From IMG/VR virus record IMGVR_UViG_3300042878_001565, positions 1-64,000 of that record: a DNA stretch of 64,000 nucleotides; one strand, written 5' to 3'. Within the stretch, counting starts at the first letter, position 1. Each line of letters starts with the position of its first letter. This DNA is from a virus. The notes under the pieces were generated by a model, which saw only the letters and a list, made by a program, of their open reading frames with translations, ran no database searches and was not told where the DNA came from. A program made the translations under genes and the position numbers. This document shows, piece after piece, positions 32,501-38,500 of this stretch.

Positions 32501-32521
32501 CGGAGTAATACAAATATTCAT
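20555..32521 (-). CDS. giant single-polypeptide virion DNA-dependent RNA polymerase (crAss-like, double-psi barrel type) with accessory domains
   Basis: Catalytic loop KSGADYDIDK (DYDID at 25739-25753) preceded by RIPTQG (~25850-25870); EADGQGWIT (~27160-27185) and HKYSLAPL motifs; zincin HESFH at 30518-30532. Confidence 0.9.
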   Translation of the reverse strand: MNICITPNSINLFAAYFKKEIPSFYDGNVTAKQMMTMLFNKALSDFEPQLGFSKEKTREIVLQHLTIAPEMLYAHLNAPMTKKNESLFSDIKALRDEIINASVNENGEFPNIVNQIGKMVGGVSQLPPVVNMQEGFDAMSSEFNKTYNLNLDLSEIPSTVEEKRNSKFRQSVQLSILNSPTSDLKLRAFKSQDVLSKTDVVSEYARIKDNDVVLLFTDAKGNIVKFNEAGNVSETGSSPVMKIKTEPHHFKRQTELLPAIYAENNGVSIEEATRIVQTKIDNYLKSIARIAQRIEDGKTILLDIDYKNSDHGVMKYNINKRNPLKAIANLAKLNFSVNQRDKRYWIELKAEGSNKPTSVFSKLLSSISDEQFEALYELIVNTKPKVATTKENQEDAAWSTVDRNILISSLIQRSKDKVFTEFLLPENGKKKLPHVYIQNVLFEIKEENFSDIKEALRNFVYNRTGVPFVPKGDMTDVKIFNSLEETTDEQQLYYNNGQLYISKSPAINFGLKPKSNIDSQLHVITGIEDGVVKTKLTTILDNVIDLGSTMYELNNQGEFKASDPYVSFTEQVEDVVTNIDVLDTVKENYKGKSLFQSLASQNRESVSEAQELRADAWMKTNPLLRVLKVNFSDEIHEFGPNFLAEFVGNSINMYLGSSKTDLYHESFHAYSMGILTAVERNNMYAELKNKPGYFDVTVKGVEKRLAFANANELELEEYLAEEFRKFAMSKGKYSNKLSTRVSQFFEKISNLLKGLFGNMRLSDAIALNRVQGVTNAMFNNLYEGNIDVSKFSSRDSHAVYQSAELQKELNFSLEETHLVMDSMQALFTEFVTEGVNAMDNSDENSQNGIFAMTHLASINPITNKLEYEEAQAIVADFKKSYADKYNGYGIFRIQNNPVLTQMGLDFVKKRLQQKVAIHKLTLEDEPNNLSAKFAIDTLNKAIANFGNLENIDTILTKQESYGDMASLFINEYSYVNTEKEKYEDDERVIFERTGAEFSISELVDDQTKQLLSTISSYSKNGKGTLEVNALGFAKLAPFKTMLAKTAKLLTNTLDRDDMYQKLLAASIDDFQIKELVSKLGNPGSPSSTFEEQNQWLAFWQSLNKADVLLREQIIEKTVTYTNEEKDENFVESRTTSHSGRTAASETFIKNDWNDNFTSLLEIIGERIEQGENKFSPYTLNLKSFFENKNHSKFLKEVHESVNGGISISKSAYLKLPKATKAQFSSTPKLRAYAEPVEFLKLFGINISDDPIVKQILKEGSDDLKIKASDYPYFVDFLIKKQDAINGTGIRSLSDLAKDFYYYEDGVRIDEIGKAGFINSLIKLHSMYSSDSTSFMSMTAYGEKASEKVLNSSLTVEVQALNKANHYDELIAMQGMSKFNYLENPSVAGSKWFVDMFQLDHFNPTVRGKRNPGIRISVENLSGSKLIHTVKRVDEDGRLIDMTSEDKGISSIGSDEKTKFLSDVLLTLDGVQEIPRTEAKSSSLTVLANQMRNNSIVGGKTKELIVNAQDIDTIFTDGYAGSILSNEMIGHLEAELIRMVRLEKLEQEILIDPENFAIDFKYFERGKNFFLFDDILDVDTKNDLLKLARSLSIDDLQSFSIRKQLSPGLKKNIESNLKSYFSKKAETLNKLKSDTVFPDELIEKYKSTAVENESISDTKLRIFRAHIVNNFIQNTNYTSLFLGDLALYNIEGGDFHKRNAGMISTGKIFASDESFKNFVNNNAQFNNFGYAKQLGIERDYQYTGDLKTAILDESKVPSSYLEELEKKLGKETAETYSNMEEADGQGWITFDTYRLLNISCGEWSAGQEKLYQKIIKGETIEQTDMSSTFPVKKFQYYGPLSTTDKFKSMNLGLTAFHKYSLAPLIPNEIKGTKLEGLHKSMMEQGIDYATMQSGSKLSTLSRVAVETNADGKKVIVKKPDTFYKKDRSVDADLKFVPNIISVKHLKNQVFIDEGYKGKVVLPTQMKKMILHGIADNGVPMDYLKGDADRIAKWKSIKTEKERLAASKNYGWYKEYTDILTTYRDHVREDLLENIDYQYNPTTGTYEGDSTKLADYIKREMIKNDYLPHEVAFLTDASGRLVEDLSYSLNSQKIEEIVVTLIDSSLRKIKVNGEALVQVSGAMYESSDMEADANGTNGLKFYESRDEDGSLTFAMEVKISLQGDFKKLLYADHPDKKPIRVLDKKGVMDYDASLKRLNESIKDPEWNAKHKAMLNFPGTRIPTQGPNALDSVTVAEFLPEYSGAKVILPSEIVAKSGADYDIDKMFFLYPSISIINSKPELNNYYGRDTGAYDRYAAEYTDFYESNITPLEKELSAVYDESEKLFKDQTVAFEKAELYQPALDLLYPERKKYNDQLKELKSTGTYLGTKLGKAAANEYKELIETEISKINAQIDSINTLRDGIFLQYVGTLSTELSAKFDNFKKQKASLKEKIAAQKEIGAELERKKVGHSVKGLENKLVNLFNRKILAKDNFVDLVTPNTTRDVLPIANALETKITAGKYNKLEKIHADKSDSISRTTVMDYMYNLQKHQENSVGMESLGIAAVVSTFFAMFSTFDSRLNTAKREDLEKFNDDIRIYNDPKSNGALKAKALERINNFKAYTLKLNHNEIDGRISVGSRYAKDGKLTADIISQLINGYVDVGKNAWVFNIQGNKENTPNLLFMVMAGVPINDAIYISSNPLTIRYNTIKKELSGTYSKLNENNPIGKSLSPDAIREEALDILKKEYEKELFDAGYAKHSFFGINNVASNNSIFETNFLEGRIGSSTVNKDDIEIFAQYVALEELSADVTKFSQVSKYDTTKISNITDAEKNIADVMKLKSGHTAIPAEWWTKFETSPIGIYNNTNLVINMFKNFFKIKNNPVVNRLALSLNGGNKKGILPIVLRNAFKNDLMWFLYQNSVYRTDTYTSASRVGESNATFDLVKEVESTVKPTAQSASVEKTNKIIVRSELKANPTTLYLFGDNDIRKGLGGQAKEMRGESNAIGISTKKLPASNEEAYKSDAELEKNKKIITADINKAIAEWNTGKYNKLIIPQMGVGLAELPTRAPLTFKFLQQELKRLEDQIAQPASSVNPANKLTTAYKIDRSNGKVYYNLGAVKNEILQDGHVSHLFDSINSPVEYVKYKVELELLKDEIQDEYGRFDALTDLSEIEIERKNLELEGATEKELDAVDAKMKPIQDKLDAIDAQIRENFYYYSYKKEKFGNELPMDDLLKLEALYRTKTPGMLFDKEVGLVGIFKAMKAKHADAFSEFSLIQDMKFDTENKSEGTRKSNFYLAEKADPILTKVYLENLTKLQNFPDPAVKEFFSKNAFEHMIFMQSGMNTAAKYYLGKLITTNNVKNVIDSTFSSAGLTQSLNEIAKKNEKEKKIAKAVGGVVGKFYNAFNNMAVSVYKLRNRGYNYVQPETMSLSIEQEYLNSVQTYNNITLVENILAVDPSEMTPFDMSEIFDEKDTATKIKEKIIALSGEKLAMPMQILDVPNKNIAVSSWNKLLLEYFGFNNYGDHPVLVAKAINAVAGGLSIAESKNRKDNHWVKDESMANNSTKAIATPSESNPNYVARSSTRNYIDVINQTNKKAFDNKYKSTDSVWIFGAGLFKSAYEGLTDLKGYTDIVTADFKKNYEPKITKAIEAGVKTFNVGSANGIDEMALKFLEEKGYTKVVRYSPLGKYYEVVKSLDGISSPMYDVTLGVKSGRKIGIDNYIYHITGLNLFKGMSEKDISEKGFKMVDAESKKYFAENPTYKNGFSIALSDFERAAINIGSSVTDSFIEQYLMQVEIPFAKKYVESITQVNTQKVYEPKILSPTLKIMKMADLREAHNKGDILYTMRVSKAQAASAQFGFKGLSENKHFGNPFTGSNVEGQIKMKSVDVASMAYEEWLDGQDVFKDKFDNVISLEYAKERRDWINSTIDRLKAKETKTVLGYSNSQNEAFNHASILDERINGVKADKPKTLTDNAQKLVEEFIDLNTNIPLEEFKVLPLKEMKRVINDIKEC

Positions 32522-32522
32522 A

Positions 32523-35500
32523 TTATTTACATTGAGTTTTTAAAGTTTCAATAATGGAATCTTCCACAAAAAGATCAGCCGCTACTGATGTGTCAAAGTT
32601 ACTAAAAACATTTTGAAGCGCATCTTTAATAATCTTGCCTTTTTTACTAGAAGGTTTTGTTTCAAAAGTATCCTTTTTTACAGGAACCTCTTCCGCAACC
32701 ACATCCTTTATATTACTCAAAAAATTCAACATATCCAAGTTTTCAAGGTTCGAAGTTTCAACATTAAAAACTGAAACCGTATCTTTTGTGGAAGACATTA
32801 TTTTATAACGTGTACCATCTTTCATTAAAACATCCTCTTTCGAGTGCTCGTTTTTATAAAATCCTTGTGCTAATTTTTCTTTAATTATATTTTCAACAAC
32901 TTTAGATTGCTTATCAGAAAATAAAGAACCTTGTTGCATTTCATATTGATAAACACCAACAGCATAAGCTAACGATATAGCAGTAGGTCCATTTTTTATT
33001 TTTTTAACAAACTCTTGATGCAGAGGATGTGTTTCATATGCTTTTTGTGGTGCTTCTTTTACATTTTCTTTAATGAAAGCATTAACTAAAACATTTAATT
33101 CCTGTTCAGCTTTATCCTGTTCTGTTTTTTCTTCAAGTCCTTCTGTGAATAAATCACGTTTAGGATCTTTCTTTGGAGCTTCTATAAACTTTGTAAGAGG
33201 TTCATCTGCTATGTCTTTTAACATTTCGTTATACAACTTCACATGACGATCAATCGTTTCATCTGAAACATCAGCACGATCTTCACCTTTACTAATTTGA
33301 GCTTTAATTCTTTTTTTAGCAAGCTCGCCATCTAAAGGCATAAGTTTATATTCCAAACTTAATTCTGGAAATTGTTTTTTAATAGCGTTTGTAAAATCAC
33401 GTCTTCTTTCTTTTTGAAGATTAGTTGTATCAATAACAACTTTTTTGCCATTTTTAATTGCAGCAATAGTTCTCTTTTTAACCTCTTCATAAATTTCAGT
33501 GTCTTTACTTTTATCATTCATATCGCCTGTAAATTCTACACGCATAGCGTCAGGAGAAATTACAACATACTCATCTGCAGGTAAAGATTTAATCCATGTG
33601 CTTTTACCAGAACCTGATGTTCCAATTGGTAAAACAACTTTTAAATTAGCATCAAGTTTTTTAACGTCTTCTTTTTCATATAAACCTTCAAATGCAGCAC
33701 GATCATAAATTATACGTTCTGTTTCAGATAAGTCTTCTAATGCACCAGTGTAACTACCAGTTTCAATTGTAAACAATTTAGAGTTATAGTATTCTTCCAA
33801 ATATTTAAACTCATCCTCAATCATTTTTTGACCTTCTTCTGTAGAAAAGAAGTCAATTTCTTCTGGTGTTCTTGGTTCCTCTTCTGTTGACAATACATCT
33901 TTCTCTTCAGTAACAAGTTTGTTTTCAATAATCTTGTTTTCTTTTTTGACTGATGGTAACGCTACAGTTCCTTTCAGTTGTGCTTTTGTACCATGCTCAA
34001 TCGAATAGATTGTACCAATTGGCTTATAACCTTTCTTATTGATTATACGAATACGATATGGATTCTTAACCTCAAGCAGTTTTTTGTTTATTTCTGTAGC
34101 AATTACAGGAACCAACATTCCTTTTCGTTCCAGTTTGAAAAACAAATCAACCAGTTCTTTTGTAGCCAATACTTCGTTTTCACTGAATTTTATATTATCG
34201 CTAATACGTTTCTTTTCAGCAGTAACCTCACGTTTAAAATCACGTACTGATTTTGCAAATGTTTCAGCTTCTTGTTTGAAAATCTTTGGATGGTAAATAC
34301 TAATGAATCGACCAAGGGCTTTTCCAATTTTAACGGATACTGTTTTAAGTTTTCCTTTTGCATCTTCTTCCTGGAACTCTAATGTACCTGTAGTTAATGC
34401 ATCCAAGTTTGTTGATGTACTTGTAGCTCTTTTCTTTTTACGATCTTTTTTACGTTGGAACTCTTCTTCAGCGTCCAACAATTCCATAAATTCAGCTTCG
34501 TAACGTGCTTGTGCTTCAGCATCAAGTTTATCTTGTGCTTCCAATTCCACTAGCATTTTCTTTTCAAAAATGAAATGAATTATTCCAGGAACATCTAACG
34601 CGCGTTCTTTAAAAGCTTTAATCAAATCACTACGTTCAGCATCTGTAAGAATTGATGTATCGATTGTTAATCCAGATTTAGTTAACAAATGATCCATTAA
34701 CTCATCATCAGACAATACTTCTTTTACAGGTTTATCTTTACGTTCTTTACGTTCAGATTCTACACGCGCAGCATTATCTTTTTGAGATTGAGTTATAGCT
34801 TTTGCATTTTGATTGTATTCTACAATAGCATCAATAAAGTCTTTGTGACCATCTTTGATGTATCGATTGATTACATTCATTTCAGACTCTGTTATATTAC
34901 CATGCGATTTACCGAATACATTTGCCATAGCGTATTGCAACGTCAATGGAAATTGTTGGTATGGTACGTTTTGATCATATATCAATGAACCATCTGCATT
35001 GTAATTAAAGTCATCTTCACTATATTCGATTGGTTCTAAAGAAGAATCTACAAGAGTATCTGTTACAACATTTGTAGTAGGAGAAACACTAACAGGTAAT
35101 GCATCTAATTCTTGTTGTAATTGCTTTCTTTCAATAAGCAGTTTAGTACGTTCGGAGTTAAGCGATGTAATCTCACGACTCTTTGTTATAGTACCACTAG
35201 ACAACTTACCTGCTATGTTATTAACCATAGCATCAATATTTCTAATTCGGTTCTGCAAATCAGTTCTTTCTTCGGTAGTATCATTTACTACTTCAAAAGG
35301 TGTTTCAGTTTCTTCCGTTTCAGTTTCTTCAGTTTCTTCAGTTTCCGTAGTAGGTGTAATGAAATCAGAAATAATCTCAACCGCATCAGGTTTAATGTTA
35401 GCATCGGACCAAAATTCAAATTGAGTTCGGTCTTTTACTATCATCGTTGCCAACTCATCAACCGTTGTTAAAAAATCAAGTTCATCAACAAAAGCCACTT

Positions 35501-38500
35501 GTTGGTTACCCATCAACTTTTTAAACATTCTTTGAAAGAACTCTTTAAGTTTTTGTAAGAAATTACGATTAAGTTTTTGATTTATAACTCTACCAGCAGC
35601 AATATCAAATGCTCTTGCAACTAACTCATGGTGATATTGTCTTGTTCCAAGTTCTTGTTCTGTACCATATACTTGAATTACATATTCACGAACAGAATCA
35701 TCACTAATTGCATTTGCTACTAACTGACCATATAAATCTACATTATTTCTTTCAGCATCAACAAGGAATGGATGCAAGAACATTTCATGCAACATAGTTG
35801 TTTCATTCACATTATCAGCAACAATATATGCAGTATTAGTGCTTTCATCATAGAACCCAGCAGTATTTGCATCATCTAACTGAAAGAATATGTTTGAAAC
35901 AGCTTCTATACCATCCTGTAAGTTATCTGCATTTCTTGTCAACCAATCAATAACAGGACCTAGTTGACCAGCTTCATACGCAGTCAAGTCTTTTAAGTTC
36001 TCAATCAATTCAGAAATAGATTCAGACTTATTGTACACGTCACGTAACAACTGACTTAATGCAGGTGAGTCAAATGATTTTCTTAATTCAATTACTTTAT
36101 CGTTAATACCGTATCCACGAACAGCTTCAAATAAAATGTCAGCAAATTTTTGATGCATTGGATTTTTAAGACTATCCACTATCTTTTTAGCAACGTCTGT
36201 TGACGTAACAATCGATACATTGGTTCCAAATTGCTTATTCAGCTTTCTGGCCATCTTTTCAAGATCCTTTAATCTCTTTACTTCAGTTTTAGATTTAGCG
36301 TTAGTAGAGGTACTTAATTTACGTTCTTTTTTAGGTTTAGTTTTTTCATCTTCAATCTGTACATCTATAGCTCCTGGTATATCCAGTGCTTGAGATGCTA
36401 TATTAATACCACGATCAAGCATTGTTCCATTAAGCGCAGACTCTTTGCTCAATGATGTTTTAACCATAATCATCATATTTGTCCATAGAGAACGACGAGA
36501 AGAACTAACTTCATCCTTAACTTGAGATAGTGTAGCCTGTAATGATTTATTGTTTAATACTTCTATTATAAACTCTTCAACATTATTGAACATTGATAGT
36601 CCTTCTACATTCGCTGTAGGAACAGTTTTCAAGAACAACGCTTTGGTTTGTTCCATCATACGTGTAGCAGTAGCTTTTAATGTAGCATTGTCTTCAATGT
36701 TTCCAGCAATTTTTTCTTGAACTATTGCAGAAATAACTAAATTTTCAAACGATACCTGCGCATCTTTAAATTCAGAAGAAGCATATCGAATATCAATGTA
36801 AACAACATCTCCTACTTTCATTACAGGTGCTTCTGCATTATCAGTAAAAATAAGTTTTGCTTTTGTAGTGCTAACTGCTTTTAATAATTCACGTTCAGTG
36901 TTTGATAAGTCTTTGTTAGAAATTAATTTATTTAAAAATACATCTCCTTCTTTTTCATTCAAATCAATCATCTGATTTAAAGTAAGACCGTACTGTTTAA
37001 GAATGTCTTTTGATTTACGAGTGTCTGCTTTAGAACGTGAGTTTTTTCTAGCCAATCCATCTTTACCACCAGTAATAACTTTACCAGTTAAGTTTTTATA
37101 GAACCCTTCAACAACACCCTGCGCATATTTTAGTTGTGCGTCAGTAGCTTCTTTTTGAGTCGCGATGTCATAAAATTTAGAAGGCATAATTCCTTTTTTC
37201 ACAAGGTCATCCAGTTCAGTTAAACTGAAATAAATACCTTTTTCCGACAACATCTGCATCATCTTGCTTGACTCTTTTCGAACTTGGAATGCTTCTAAAG
37301 AGTTACTGATGTGTTGCGTCTTGTTATCAAGAATATGATTAAGAACTTTTTCCTGTTCTGCAATAAAGTTTCCAGCATACGTTGGATCAGATAAAGTGTT
37401 TGCAAGTTTTTTAAATGCTTTACCTTCTTTTGTTAGATTAACATGGTCATATACTGAATCAAATGTACGATTAGCAAGTGCACGTTGTTCTTCTTTTGAT
37501 AAACCACTTGTTTGATCAAATGACGCTAATACGTCAACGTATGCATCAAACATATCACTATGATCACTTTCATTAAATTCACCTACTTCTGCTTTTTCAA
37601 CTTTATCAATAGATTCTTTATATTTTTTTAATGCTGCAAGTTTAACAACAGCTTTATCATACTCACGTTTAGCTGTACCTTTTAAATCTAATCCTTTGCT
37701 TCCTTCTACTTGTGTTTCTAACACTTCAATATTTTGATTCAATGAACTAGAGTCTAATAATGAATCACGTTCAATTGTAGAAAGATTTAATGACTTGCTT
37801 AATTTTTCATCCATTGCTTTATTTCTATCAGCAATAGATTGAATATTTACATTCGAAACAAGCATTTCTTTTTTAAGATTTTCAAATGCATGGTATCTAA
37901 CTACATTAGCTCTATAGTCCTTATCTGATGGACGAAGATCACTAACCGTAATTGGATTAATCATTTCATTTTGAATCTTGTCATATTGATCCTTATGTTC
38001 ATTTACACGATCTGCTTTCTGTACAAGTTTAGCTCTAAATTCTGAAGCATTCTGTTCAGTAATATCAGTTCTATTAAAAGCTTGATTTAATTCTTGAGCT
38101 GTTCCATCTTTAGCCATGCTTTTCAAATGCTTTACAAAATCATCTTGCAAATCATTATCAAACATAGTTTGTAATTGAAGACCAAAGGCTTCTTGTTTTA
38201 AATCCTCAAGGTCTTTTGTATTACCATTTTGAACAGCTTCCAGTATTTTATCTTGAATAGCTTTTTGTGCAAAGATTGGTTTTTTAATTTCCTGTAGGAA
38301 GGCGTGTTCATTTTTGATAAAAGCATTTAATAATTCAGCTTTAGCTTGAATTTGTTTAAACTGCGAGTCTTTATCTTTTTTATACTGATCGCGATTAAAT
38401 GCAGCATTGTATAATGTTTTGTTACCACCACCTTGAGTAAAATCAAACATTAAACTTTGTACTGTATTAACTGGGCCCATAAAACCACCTATCAAAGCAC

